A DNA stretch of 64,000 nucleotides from the human T2T-CHM13v2.0 reference genome, Homo sapiens, in assembly GCF_009914755.1 (NCBI RefSeq), contig NC_060927.1; one strand, written 5' to 3'. The notes under the pieces were generated by a model. The model searched no databases and was not told where the DNA came from. It worked only from the letters and a program-made list of their open reading frames with translations. Below, piece by piece: positions 1 through 13,576 of this stretch (positions are counted from its first letter, which is position 1; each line of letters opens with the position of its first letter). A program made the translations under genes and the position numbers.

Positions 1-199
1 ACAATTTTCTTTGAAGCCTTCTCAATATTTTACTTTTAATAGAATTGACACATGCACCTTTAAAATTATATTTCTAATGTTATAAGAAAAGGTAGAAATT
101 TCTTTTTGTACATATGTGGTAAAACAACTTATAAAATCTCTGCATAACAGTATTTCATTTTCTGCATAGTATCTACAACCTTTGGATTGTACCTTATAG

Positions 200-365
200 T
201 TTTCAAAGCACTTTAATAAATCTTTATCTTTTGACTCATATCACTGCATGGAGAGTTAATTAGGTCCAGTTTACAAGTATTCTGAAAGCTTAAATGACTT
301 GTAAAAAGTTACAGAGCTAATAAGTGATAGAATCAGGACTTAACTCCAGTGATTTCTGACTCTCC
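200..365 (-). mobile_element. MIR SINE fragment
   Basis: ttaaatgacttgtaaaaagttacagagctaataagtgatagaatcaggact resembles the reverse complement of the MIR core; boundaries approximate. Confidence 0.7.
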
Positions 366-371
366 AGCTAC

Positions 372-676
<305 letters not shown>

Positions 677-1574
677 CTCGAGCTACTTCTAATTCATAAG
701 TTAAATACCTGAGTTATGTTAGGCAGAAAGGCAATAGATAATATTACAAAATGCATAACCTTATTCTATAAGACTTCCTTCTACAATTATCTTAAAATAA
801 AATAATTTCTATCCTCAAGTAAGCCTCTGATTCTGAAGTAAGTTTTCTTATTGATACCACAAAGGGATTAAAGCATCATTTAGGAACAATAAGTTATTTT
901 CCTTGACTATGTAGAGTGTTTATAGTAGCTAAATTTATAACTTTGAAAAATCTAAAGTAATGTTTTATGATTTTTTTCTAACACCTAGCTATGGAAGTGA
1001 ATTTTAGGGACCCTTCCTAGGAGAGAAACTGGTTAAGTGTTATCAAAACACAGATCAGTTATACATACTGTATCCAAGTAATAAGCTTTGCTGAGTAGTA
1101 CGCCATAAGTGCCTCACCCCATCCCAATTTTTCTGCAGCCTGTTAAACTGAGATTTTATTCTCTTAGTTGCCTATTAAGTACCTGGAAGCCAAGTCCTGA
1201 CCCTTTCTCTTCATAGCCATGTGATCCTTAGGACTCCCAACACTTCTCTAAAGTCCGTTGTAGTGTTAAATATGTGTAATTCAAAGAATTACAAATCAGA
1301 TTGCTTTGATAATGTTGTACTGTTTCCGGGGAGCATAGAAAGCTGCTCTGCTTTACCCTGATCTAAAGCTGAAAGAGGTTTTGTCTGTAGGTTTCTGACC
1401 ACTCACTATCTATGGCTCCGAGAAATAGTACTGATTTATTGTGAGAGAGCCTTTCATGTTAGGGCAAACCCCCCAAAAAGAGCAGGAGATTGAAACGTTT
1501 ATTTTTATTTCATATAAATAGTTTACAGACTTCTTTTTTCCCCTATATAGGCTTATGCTTGATTGTGTTTTGGT

Positions 1575-1782
1575 AGTCCAGATTTATATTGTTTCACTAA
1601 CAAACTGTGAGCTTGAGCAGATCACTTTTTATTTACTGTCCTGTAGTTTCCTCATCTGTAAAACAGAGATACTAATAGTACATAACTAATGGGTTGTTGT
1701 TATGGATTTCAATGAGTTAGTATTTATAAAACACTTAGAGCAGTACCTGATACATAGTAAGTATTCAGTTAATGTTAGCAGT
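1575..1782 (+). mobile_element. MIR SINE
   Basis: agtttcctcatctgtaaaacagagatactaatagtac...gggttgttg...acatagtaagtattcagttaatgttagc matches the MIR core and 3' end. Confidence 0.85.
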
Positions 1783-1791
1783 AAGTATGAA

Positions 1792-1928
1792 AGACAATAT
1801 TGTATGGTGGTGAAGTCCTCAAGTCAGGGGGCTTGGGTGCCATTCCTAGCTCTCATCTTTACTGATGAAACCATAGGAAAATTGTTAAAACCTGCTGAGC
1901 TTCAGTTTTTTATTTACAGAATGGGAAA

Positions 1929-1965
<37 letters not shown>

Positions 1966-2123
1966 TGTACCTTGTAGAGATTTATAAATAAATTAATTTA
2001 ATAAAGTCTATAGAGAGATTGGGAATGGGAATTATAATAATGTGTACCTTATAGAGATTTATAAATAATTTAATAAAGTCTTTAGCAGCTAGCATATAAC
2101 TGAGCATTCTATAAATGTTAGCT
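1792..2123 (+). mobile_element. MIR SINE with internal duplication and (TAA)n microsatellite
   Basis: ctgagcttcagttttttatttacagaatggg core and ataaatgttagcta end; (TAA)n at ~1930-1964. Confidence 0.75.
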
Positions 2124-2258
2124 AGTAGGAGTAGTTTTTTATGTCATTACCAAAGTGGCTTTATGAGGTAATTAAAGAAGTTGAGCCACATGTCCTCCTC
2201 ATACCAGTATGCTTATGCAGTTAAAAGACATTATCAGGAATTAAGAATAGTGCTTTTA

Positions 2259-4802
2259 TTTATTTCATTTTTTTAAAATTATACTTTAAGTTCTGGGATA
2301 CATGTGCCGAACATGCAGATTTGTTACATAGGTATACACGTGCCATGGTGGTTTGCTGTACCCATCAACCTGTCATCTACATTAGGTATTTCTCCTAATG
2401 CTATCCCTCCCCTAGTACCCACCCCCCGACAGGCCCCGGTGTGTCATGTTCCCCTCCCTGTGTCCATGAGTTCTCATTGTTCAACTCCCACTTATGAGTG
2501 AGAACATGCGGTGTTTGGTTTTCTGTTCCTGTGTTAGTTTGCTGAGAATGATGGTTTCCAGCTTCATCCATGTCCCTGCAAAGGACATGAACTCATCCTT
2601 TTTATGGCTACATAGTATTCCATGTTGTATATGTGCCACATTTTCTTTATCCAGTCTATCATTGATGGACATTTGGGTTGGTTCCAAGTTTTTGCTATTG
2701 TAAACAGTGCTGCAGTAAACATACATGTGCATGTGTCTTTATAGGAGAATGATTTTTAATCCTTTGTGTATATACCCAGTAATGGGATTGCTGGGTCAAA
2801 TGGGATTTCTGGTTCTAGCTCCTTGAGGAATCACCACACTATCATCCACAATGGTTGGATTAATTTACACTCCCACCAACATTGTAAAAGCATTTCTATT
2901 TCTCCACATCCTCTCCAGCATCTGTAGTTTCCTTACTTTTTAATGATGGCCATTCTAACTGGCATGAGATGATATCTCATTGTGGTTTTGATTTGCATTT
3001 CTCTAATGACCATAGTGATGATGAGCTTTTTTTTGTATGTTTGTTGGCCACATAAATGTCTTCTTTTGAGAAGTGTCTGTTCATATCCTTTGCCTACTTT
3101 TTAATGGGGTTGTTTTTTTCTTGTAAATTTGTTTAAGTTCCTTATAGATTCTGGATATTAGCCCTTTGCCAGATGGGTAGATTGCAAAAATTTTCTCCCA
3201 TTCTGTAGGTTGTCTGTTCACTCTGATGATAGTTTCTTTTGCTGTGCAGAAGCTCTTTAGTTTAATTAGATCTCATTTGTCTATTTTGGCCTTTGTTGCC
3301 ATTGCTTTTGGTGTTTTAGTCATGAATTCTTTGCCCATGCCTATGTCCTGAATGGTATTGCCTAGGTTTTCTTCTAGGGTTTTTATGGTTGTAGGTCTTA
3401 CGTTTAAGTCTTTAATCCATCTTGAGTTACTTTTTGCATAAGATGTAAGGAAGGGGTCCAGTTTCAGTTTTCTGCATATGGCTAGCCAGTTTTCCCAACA
3501 CCATTTATTAAATAGGGAGTCCTTTCCCCATTTCTTGTTTTTGTCAGGTTTGTCAAATATCAGATGGTTGTAGATGTGTGGCATTATTTCTGAGGCCTCT
3601 GTTCTGTTCCATTGGTTTATATATCTGTTTTGGTACCAGTGCCATGCTGTTTTGGTTACCGTAGCCTTGTATTATAGTTTGAAGTCAGGTAGCATGATAC
3701 CTCCAGCTTTGTTCTTTTTGCTTAGGATTGTCTTGGCTATATGGGCTCTTTTTTTTGTTTCCATATGAACTTTAAAGTAGTTTTTTCCAATTCTGTGAAG
3801 AAAGTCAATAGTAGCTTGATGGGGATAGCATTGAATCTATAAATTACTTTGGGCAGTATGGCCATGTTCATGATATTGATTCTTCCTATCCATGAGCATG
3901 GAATTTTTTTCCCATTGGTTTGTGTCCTCTCTTATTTCCTCGAGCAGTGGTTTGTAGTTCTTGAAGAGGTCCTTCATATCCCTTGTAAGTTGGATTCCTA
4001 GGTATTTTATTCTCTTTGTAGCATTTGTGAATGGGAGTTCACTCATGATTTGACTCTCTGTCTGTTACTCATGTATAGGAATGCTTGTTATTTTTGCATA
4101 TTGATTTTATATCCTGAGACTTTGCTGAAGTTGTTTATCAGCTTAAGGAGATTTTGGGCTGAGATGATGGGGTTTTCTATATATACAATCATGTCATCTG
4201 CAAACAGCAACAATTTGACTTCCTCTCTTCCTATTTGAATACCCTTTCTTTCTTTCTCTTGCCCTGGCCAGACCTTCCAATACTTTGTTGAATAGGAGTG
4301 GTGAGAGAGGGCATCCTTGTCTCGTGCCGGTTTTCAAAGGGCATGCTTCCAGCTTTTGCCCATTCAGTATGATATTGGCTGTGGGTTTGTCATAAATAGC
4401 TCTTATTATTTTGAGATACATTCCATCAACACCTAGTTTATTGAGAGTTTTTTGCATGAAGGGGTGTTGAATTGTATCCAAGACCTTTTCTGCATCTATT
4501 CAAATAATCATGTGGTTTTTGTCGCTGGTTCTGTTTATGTGATGGATTACATTTATTGATTTGAGTATGTTGAACCAGCCTTGCATCCCAGGGATGAAGC
4601 TGACTTGATCATGGTGGATACGCTTTTTGATGTGTTGCTGGATTCAGTTTGCCAGTATTTTATTGAGGATTTTTGCATCAATGTTCATCAGGGAATATCC
4701 ACTATGGCCTAAAATTTTCTTTTTTGTTGTGTCTCTGCCAGGTTTTGGTATCAGGATGATGCTGGCCTCATAAAATGAGTTGGGGAGGAGTCCCTCTTTT
4801 TC
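2259..4802 (-). mobile_element. 5'-truncated LINE-1, L1PA7/8-like (3' part of ORF2 + 3'UTR), inactive
   Basis: ORF2 peptides on the minus strand ([32 protein letters not shown]); perfect 16-bp TSD aagaatagtgctttta at 2243-2258 and 4803-4818. Confidence 0.95.
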
Positions 4803-7394
4803 AAGAATAGTGCTTTTAAAACAAAACAAATGAATAAAGCCTTAAATAGTTTAGTTGACTTGGACATTAGTTAAAGCTTTTTTTTTCAATCAAGTATGGT
4901 TTATGGAAACTTAAAAATTTGATGTCAAATTGAATAGGTTTGATACAAATCAAATTCCTAATGTTAATTTAACTTCCAATTTCCAACAATGAATGTGGTT
5001 TTTAGCTTTTTGTTAATCCAAAAAGATAAAATTGGTGTGTCCTAAAGAGAATCTCTAAGTAAATTGCTTTACTTAAAAAGTGTAAGTTGTTTGTTTTAAC
5101 ATCAGTTACACGTTTATATTTGAGTGGCTATTATTTACCCTAATGACGTTTAGTAGGAAAAAAAAAGGTACCAGCTAGATTCTGACAATATCACAGCAAC
5201 TTGCCTTGTTTGAGCAGATGTTAAGCAGACAGTAGTTGAATGTTAATTTTGAGAGGGTGATATGTTTAAGCCTAGCTGAAGTATGTTGCTTGTGGGCTTT
5301 CTAGACTCGAGTACAATGCTGGATCTCTGGGGAGAATTTTAAAGCTAAACCTCTTTCTTTTGGGTCCTCTATATGGACTCTCTCAAGTCAGTATAAAGCA
5401 GATCATCCCTAGGCTAAAGCCCTTCAGCTTTTGTTATTGGGCTCTGTAGACCTGTAATTAGGCCTCCTGGCAGGCCTTGCAGGCCAGTTAATGGTCATAT
5501 GGAGTTTCTGTGAGGCAGACTGGCTTTGTATAAATCCTGGGTAGGAATACGTTTATGGGTCACTTCCTACCAGGACCATGCTTTGTCCTTATGCCCTGCG
5601 GGCTGACAGGGAGCAGGTTCCCTTGACCATGGACTGTTCAATGTGCAACTCAAAATCTACTCCACTAATCCCCAGTGTAAACAGAGGATTTAGAAGGGCT
5701 TCTGTCACTTACAGTTGCCAATTCACTTGGGTGTCTGTGAATTTGTTTTCCCTGACTTCATTATTGAAAGACTGACAAGTGTATAAGATTTGGATGCTTG
5801 CTTATATATTAGATATATGGGTCTTTTTCAGTGGTTTTAAAATCATTGTAACTTATCTATTGTAAAATTATGTAATGAGTTGTTTAGAATTAATTACCCT
5901 TTAATATCTTTAAATTTAAGCCATTAAAATATCTGTACTGATAGTCAACCTTTTCTTATAGGAGAAATTATAGGTCTGTTTTTTTGGATAAGAGTAAAAT
6001 AACATTATGTAAATAAATTTACCGAAAAGTGATTAATTTGGATATCAGATAAGTGAAAGAAATAATTAATGTAATGAAATGAAAAATATAGCCTTTATGC
6101 ATTTTATATTAAGTAAAAATTCTAGTTTAGTGTAACAGAGCTTTTGAAAGGAGTATCAGATCATTTTATAAAATGCTTAACAAAAATATGATTCATGAAG
6201 TATTTAAAATAATGAGTGCCATTTATTGAGCATCTACTATGTGGTAAGTAATTTATATACATTTTCACATATTTTAAATAATTGATCCATGTTTCCTAGC
6301 CAAGCAAAATATTTGGAGTTTAAGAAAATTATAATTGAGTTTTCATTTTCTCATTTTATTTAATCTTTTTTTATTATAATTTTCTCTTTGTTGCTAAGAT
6401 TATATTAGGATTCAATTCTAAAATATGTGCACATTGCCAAGAAGGAACTGTCACCTGTCTTCCTATGAGCCATTTTTCCTTTTAGGGGAAAATGATGAAT
6501 ACTTTCCCAGGTCTGATCTAGTAAATCATTGCTCAGTATTTTGCATTTTGTGATGTAAAAATGGTTCATGACAGATGTGGCTGAAAAGACCACATACGTA
6601 GACTGTATGATTTTAGTCTGGTGGAACTAATAGGATCACTCATTACATTTTAGGCCCTGGGGTTTCTTTTTTCTTTCATAATAACATTTTTTTAAAAACT
6701 GTTTAAATAGACTGGACCTTCACATGTGTGAGTACAGCATCTTCTCCTAAATTTAGAAAGAGTGGATGGCAACAAATAATCTTTTCTCTTTCAGAAAATT
6801 TTTGTAATGTTTATTCAGTATTAACTGTTATTTTTAAATTGTCTTGTCATCCCAAAAAAGCCAAGACTTTGTTCTATATTTGTAAAGGATTTCTTTGAAT
6901 TTTGTTTAGCAAAACTAGAATATATATTTTTAGAGATTCCAAGACCTGTGAATTCAATTGAGTTATACATTAATAAAAACAAGTTTTGCAAGTGTTCAAA
7001 TAATTTCTGGCAACAAAAAGACATACAATAGAAAGTTCTGGTGTTCACTTACAACTAGGAGAATCATAGTGTAACTTGTCTTTTTTCCTTTTTTAAAATA
7101 ATATACATGGTGAATTTGTTGAATGGAAGTAGTATTTGTGATATAATTTAGAATTTTTTAAAAGCTCCTGAATGGTGTGAAGACTTTTGTCCTATTTTGG
7201 TTTTACCAAAAGTTAATATTTATATTGAAAAATAACTAGATGATGTACATTATATCATTTGTATTGGTATTGTCTCTGGATAGTGGGATTTAGGGTTATG
7301 AAAAAATTGTTTTTGCTTATCTTTATTTTCTGATTTTTCTGTGGTTATGAAGAGAAACTGAAGAGGTCTAGCAAAGGTTTAATTTAAACATGAT

Positions 7395-8345
7395 AAAATT
7401 CCCCAGTATTTAGTATAAAATTTAAAATTTTGACAAATGTATTCAGCTGTGTCACTTTGACCAAAGATTTTGGTAAAGAACCTTTACATTACTCCAGAAG
7501 GTTTCTTTGTTCTCATTTGAAGTCAATTCTCTCTCCCTATTCCTGGACCTTAGCAACCACTAATCTGCTTTATGTCACTAGAGTTTTGCTATTTTTAGAA
7601 TGTGTTGTAAATGGAATCATATAGTATGTAGTGTTTTGTGTCTGTAGTCTTTCACTTGGTGTAATGCTTTTTGGATTTGTTCGTGTCGTTGTGAGCATTC
7701 ATTTTTTTTTTACTGCTGAATAGTATTTCATTGTCTGGCTATACCAGTTTGTTTATTCATTCAGCAGTTGGTGGACACAAATAAATTGTTTCAGTTTATG
7801 GTTTTTATGAGTAAAGCTTATATGGATGTTTGTGTACAAGTCTGTTGGAATACATGTTTTCGTTTATTTTGAGTTATTGCTTAGGATTGGGATGCTAAGG
7901 AAGAAGAATGGAGTTGGAATTACTAAGGTTATATAGTAAGTGGAGCTATAACTTTATAAGTCACTGCCAAAATTTTTCCAAATTGGTTGTATCAGTTTGT
8001 ATTTTCACAAGCATTGTATGAAAGTTTGCTTCATTTGTTCCATATCCTTGACATTACTTGGTGGTGTTGGCTTTTTTCTGTTTAATTTTTGCCATTTTAT
8101 TGAGTGCGTTTTACTTCATTTAATTTAATGTGCCTTCCTGTGGTGACTAATGATGTTCAGCATCTTTTCATGCAGTCATTTACCATCTGTATACTTTCTG
8201 AAGTATCTGCTCATATCTTTTGCCTGTTTTTAAAAGAAATTATTTATATTGTTGAGTTATAGTTATTTATATATTCTAAATACAAATCAGTTATATACTT
8301 CATAAATATTTTCTCCCAGTCCTTGTCTTGCTTATTTTCTTAACA
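7395..8345 (-). mobile_element. Old L1 (L1MB/MC-like) 3' end
   Basis: gcaaccactaatctgcttt...aatggaatcatatagtatgta...tagtatttcattgt motifs typical of the L1M 3'UTR reverse complement. Confidence 0.8.
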
Positions 8346-8349
8346 ATGT

Positions 8350-10745
8350 TTTTTAAAAATTAATGATTTGTATACAGCAAAATGCACCTTTTTTAGTGAC
8401 AGTTCTTTAATTTTCGACAAATGCAAATGGTTAAGTAACAGCTCTGAGAATCTAATTGTAGAATAATCCTATCATTCCCCCAAATTCCCCCATACCCCTT
8501 TTTTGTGAACCCACTACTCCTGACTCCTAGAAACCACTGATCTTTTTTTTTGTCCTTACACTTGAATTTTTCTGAAATGTCATATAAATGGACTCATAAT
8601 ATGTAGACTTTGAGTCTAGCGTTTTTGACTTAGCATCATGCATTTGAGATTTATCCACGTTGTTGCATGTATCAGTAGCTTATTTACTTTTTATTGCTGA
8701 GTAGTATTCCATTGTGTGAATTAGTTAATTGAAGGATGCTGTTGTTTCTAATTTGAGGCAATTATGAAATAAACCATTATAACTTTCTCAAGTTAGATAT
8801 TGTGTGAACATGGGGTTTTGTTCTACTTGGGTAAATACCTAAGACTAGGATTGCTGGCATAATAACTTTGTTTAACATTATGAGAAACTGCAAACTGTTT
8901 TCCAAAGTGGCTGAACCATATTTTGCTCCCAACAGCAGTCTATAAGAAATCCAGTTGTTCCACATGCTTGACAATACTTTGTATGGTTAGTTTTAGTTTT
9001 CCTTTGGTCATTTCAGTGGGTGTGTAGATGTCTCTCATTGTGGTTTCAATCTGCATTTGCCTCATGGTGAATGATGTTAAGCACTCTTAATGTGATTATT
9101 TACCATAATAGGTCTTCTTTGCCCATTAAAAAAATTGTTCATTTTTCAGTTGCTGAGTTTTAAGAGTTTGTATATTCTGAGTAAAAGTTCATGATCAAAT
9201 ATGTTATTTGCAAGTATTTTTCACAGTTTGTGGCATGTTTTCATTCTCTTAATGGTGTCTTTTGAAGAGCAGCTCTTAATCATGATGAAGTCTAATTTCT
9301 CAGTTTTTCTTGTATGTATTGTGTTTTTAGTGACATATTTAAGAAATCTTTGCCCAACCAGAGAACTCAATGGCTTGCTTCTATGTTTTCTTCTAGAGTT
9401 TTTATAGTTTACTTTCTATGACCCATTTAAAATTAATGTTTATATATGATGAAGTATGGATTCTGGTTCTTTGCTTTGCACATGGATATCTTATTATTCC
9501 AGTGCCATTTGTTGAAAAGATGTTTTTCATCCACCAAATTGCCTTTGTACCTTTGCAAAGTATCAGTTCACTACATATAAGTAGCTCTATTCTGAATTCT
9601 CTATTCTGTTCCATTGATCTATCTGTCTATCCTTTTACTCAATACCAGCCTTGATCACTGTAGTGCTGTATGGAGTCTGGAAATTAGTTAGTGATTTCTC
9701 TAACTTTGTTTTTCTTTTTCAGAATGCTTTAGCTCTTCTAATTCTTTTCCATTTCGATATACATTTCAGAACCAGCTTATTGATTACTATTTTTAAAAAT
9801 CCAGCAAATTAAATGAAAACTGACTCAGATTAAAATTTTTTTAATTTTAAATTCAACTGGAATTTTGATTAGAGTTGTATCAACTTCGTAGATCAATCTG
9901 GGGAGAATTGGCATCTTAACATATTAAGTCTTTGAATCCACGGACATGGTATAGCTTTCCATTTATTCTGTTTTTTTATTTCTTTTATCAGAGATTTGTC
10001 GTTTCCAGCACATACATCTTGCATGTATTTGTTAAATTTATTCCTAAATATTTCATGTTCTGGGCATCATTGTAAATAGTAAGTTTTTGTTTAAGTTTTT
10101 ATTTCCAATTCATTGTTGGTATATAGAAATACAGTCCTATTTTGAATAATTTACTTGTATTCTGCAATTTTGTCAAACTCACTTAGAGATTACTAGTTTT
10201 TAAAAGATTCATTAGGATTTTTCTTTTTTGGCTTTTTAAAAATTTTACTTTAAGTTCTGGGATGGAGTTTTTCTACATAAACAATGATGTCATATGCAAA
10301 TAGAGAAAATTTTATTTTCAAAACTGGATACCTTTCATTTCTTATTTTTACCTTATTACTGTAGCTAGAATCTCCAGCTTTTGAGTAAAAGTGTAAGAGT
10401 GGATATCCTTCATTTATTTCTGATCCTAATGAGAAAACATTCAGTCTTTCACCATTAAGCAAGATGTAAACTGTAGGTTTTTCATAGATGACTTTTTTTA
10501 CGTTGAGGACGTTTTCTTCTATTCTTATTTTGCTTCAAATTCTTGTAAAGAATGAATGTTTTATTTTGTCAAATGCCTTTTCAGTATCTATATAGATGAT
10601 TATATGTATTTTCTTCTTTATACTATTGATACGTTGCATTTCATTGGTTGATACTCAAATGTTAAAACAATCTTACATTCCTGGGAGAAACATCACTTGG
10701 GCATGATATACTTTTTTTTGTATATTTTTGGATTCAATTTTCTAA
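8350..10745 (-). mobile_element. Old L1 (L1MB-like) 3'UTR plus degraded ORF2
   Basis: Second L1M 3' end (gaaaccactgatct, aatggactcataatatgtag) followed by degraded ORF2 (MLNGERLNVFSL, FAYDIIVYVE). Confidence 0.85.
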
Positions 10746-10829
10746 AACTTTTGTTTTGTATATATTATAGCTTATATTCATAGCAATTATAAATACTTCA
10801 TTAGAACCATTTCTATACATAATTCCTTA

Positions 10830-10932
10830 CAGGTAAGGTCTGTCTGTCAACCTTGTATTCCCCTGTAACTAACATGGTACCCTGGTATTAGAAGCTTTTG
10901 GTTTTTTGTCATTGGTTGAATAAATGAATGAA
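10830..10932 (+). mobile_element. L2 3' end fragment
   Basis: ctgtctgtc...tgtattcccc...gttgaataaatgaatgaat terminal motif. Confidence 0.6.
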
Positions 10933-12273
10933 TATCACCAGTAGACTATGTAAATGTGTATTTAAACACCACTGGAGTTAACATTCTAAAGTAGGAGTTA
11001 AAAGTAAGTGTGGCTTTTGCTCACAGAAAATGGAGAATGTGTTGTTCCATAATAATTTCTCTAGTTTTTCAATAAGCAGCACTTTGCTTTATTGTTGGTA
11101 ATTGTTCTGAGAGTAATAATGGGCGATATGTCCCTAATACTTTATGTTTACCATTTTCATGTTCCTATAATTGAAAACACTGAACCAACTTTATTATATG
11201 CACATAGATAATTACTGTTTTATGTTTTTTGAATACAAGGGGGAAAGCTGATTATTACAATACTCTAACGGATTGGATATTTTTTTCTTTGGTTCCAAAT
11301 GAGTGGGGACTTTATTGCCTGTACCCACAATTGCAGCTCATTTCATTTGCTCCTATTTATATGTAATGCAATTCACAAAGTATTCTAAGCCAGTGAAGTT
11401 GACTTTTCATATAGGACTATGACATAATTTAGAATTTGAGCTAGATAAATTAATACAGGAACAGAGGTATAGAGTGAGACAAAAAGAAGATGAGAGGACG
11501 GGAGAGGAAGTCTAGGTTGCTCTTTTGTATGGTTCTTTCTCACCTCCCATTCATAAATTGGAAAGGAAAATTCATCCCCAGGCATTTAGATCTGTAATTT
11601 TAACCAAGTAAAATACGCTTATTTTTCCTTTAGAGCAAACCCTGAGATAGAAAAGATTTATCAGACTGTGTGATGGGAAATTTATACATACAAAAACTTC
11701 CAGAATAGCTTTCCAATATCTGTACAGTACATTTAATATATTCAATTCATCTAAATGACCTGTCATCAAATGCTATCTGATTTAAGAACCTTATACATGT
11801 CTAATGTTTTCAGAAAGTTTTTAAAATAAGTATGCCAATGATGTATTATATATGCTCATAAAAGGTCATTTTGAATTTTGAATTAAAATAAGGAATTTTG
11901 AATTTAATACTTTTTAATTTTTTTAAATACTTTGTATGTAGTCATTCCTATGGTCTTCCTCCTGGAAGGAATATGTTAAAACCTATAAATTCCTTACAGT
12001 TCTTCATGTGACAGTAGTAGATTCCATTTAAGTGTACTTTTTATTGGCTCTAAGTTATTTGATATGAGTTAATTAATTCCTTCTGTTTTAACTCTCTTAA
12101 GCAATACTTGAAATGGTCGTTATTTCGCAGTTTTGCATAGTAATTTGGAAAGGTTACTAAGGCCTTGGAATTTTAAAAATTGTTTTAAAAAGAGGACTTT
12201 TAAATTATTGTCATTCTAACGACATTATGAAACTGTTAATCAAAGACCTTGAAAAGTAAATTGGACTTAGCAA

Positions 12274-12283
<10 letters not shown>

Positions 12284-12319
<36 letters not shown>

Positions 12320-12588
12320 TATTTTTTTGAGACAGGGTCTCACTCTATTGTCTAGGCTGGAGTGCAGGTGGCATGATCATAGCTCACTGCAGCCTCGACC
12401 TCCTGGACTCAGGTGAGCCTCCCACCTCAACCCTCCTGGGTAGCTGGGACCACAGGCACACCCTGTTAACATTTCATATCCTTTTTTTTTTTTTCTTAAT
12501 GAGATATGGTTTTGCCATGTTCCCCAGGCTGGTCTCAAACTCCTGGACTCCAGTAATCCACTCACTTCAGCCTCCCAAATTACAGGCT
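12284..12588 (-). mobile_element. AluJ with (TTA)n tail
   Basis: gatcatagctcactgcagcctcgacctcctgg AluJ diagnostics; TSD-like caagttattatta (12271) / caaattattatta (12589). Confidence 0.9.
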
Positions 12589-12959
12589 CAAATTATTATT
12601 AATTAGATGAAAGAATTTTTGTATATCTGGATACAGTTGATTATTTCTGCTTTTAAAATTCAGGAAATTCAATTGGATAATATTCATTTAGTGAGGCAAA
12701 CACATTTATATTCAAACCTTATAGTAAATAATTATAAATAAATTGTATGTAATATGAATTAGAACCATTTATTAGGAAGATATCTAGAAACATAGTGATG
12801 TAAATTTTTTTATAATGTGGATTTGAACATTGCATATTTTGCCTAAGCCTGTGTTCATTCTTTTAAATTTTACTTCCTATCACCTCTTCACTTTGGAAAA
12901 TAATTTTATGGCATTTAAATTTACTGTGTAATTTATTTAAAAAACAATTAGAATGTTTA

Positions 12960-13030
12960 GTTCATTCAACATTCAACAATTTTTAATGAGCGTCTTTCAT
13001 ATGCCAGGTATTCTTTTAGGCACCAGGGAC
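12960..13030 (-). mobile_element. L2 3' end fragment
   Basis: ttcattcaacattcaacaatttttaatgagcgtc...atgccagg. Confidence 0.65.
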
Positions 13031-13171
13031 CAGGTGGTTCTTTCTTTAGCCATGGATGGTTTCTCAATTGCGTTTGCCAATCAATATTTTAAGGGTGACT
13101 CTCCACTGATTTCTGAATTCTCTTTTTAAGGGTGAGTCTCCACTGATTTCTGAACTCTCTTTCTGTACAGT

Positions 13172-13305
13172 TCCCTCCCTCCCTCCCTCTCGACCCCCCT
13201 TCCTTCCTTCCTTTGTAGTCGTTCCTATGGTCTACCTCCTGGAAAGAATATATCCCTCCCTCCCTCCCTCCCTCCCTCCCTCCCTTCCTTCTTCCCTTCC
13301 TTTCG
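13172..13305. repeat. (CCCT)n/(CCTT)n simple repeat, probably the expanded tail of the adjacent Alu
   Basis: Read directly; interrupted by 38 bp of unique sequence at 13214-13251. Confidence 0.9.
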
Positions 13306-13576
13306 TTTTTTTTTTTTTTTTTTAAAGACAGAGTCTCACTCTGTCACCCAGGCTGGAGTGCAGTGGTGCAATATTGGCTCACTGCAGCCTCTGCCTCCTG
13401 AGTAGCTGGGATTATAGACATGTGCCACCACTCCTGGCTAATTTTTGTAAATTTTTTGTAGAGACGGGGTTTCACCATGTTGGTCAGGCTGGTCTTGAAC
13501 TCCAGACCTCAGGTTATCTGCCTGCCTCGGCCTCCCAAAGTGCTGGGATTACAGGTGTGAGCTACCATGCCCAGCC
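13306..13576 (-). mobile_element. AluS with internal deletion
   Basis: Alu reverse complement lacking the segment between the two gcctcc motifs (cagcctctgcctcc|tgagtagc). Confidence 0.92.

Noticed and set aside
6488-6520. C/D-box-like words atgatga ... ctga
   Set aside because: Boxes only ~15 nt apart with no terminal stem; too short for a snoRNA
10810-10840. ttccttacAG|GTAAGG recursive-splice-like motif on +
   Set aside because: Weak pyrimidine tract and coincides with the start of an L2 fragment; similar AG|GT words at ~22196 and ~23351 are expected by chance in T-rich DNA
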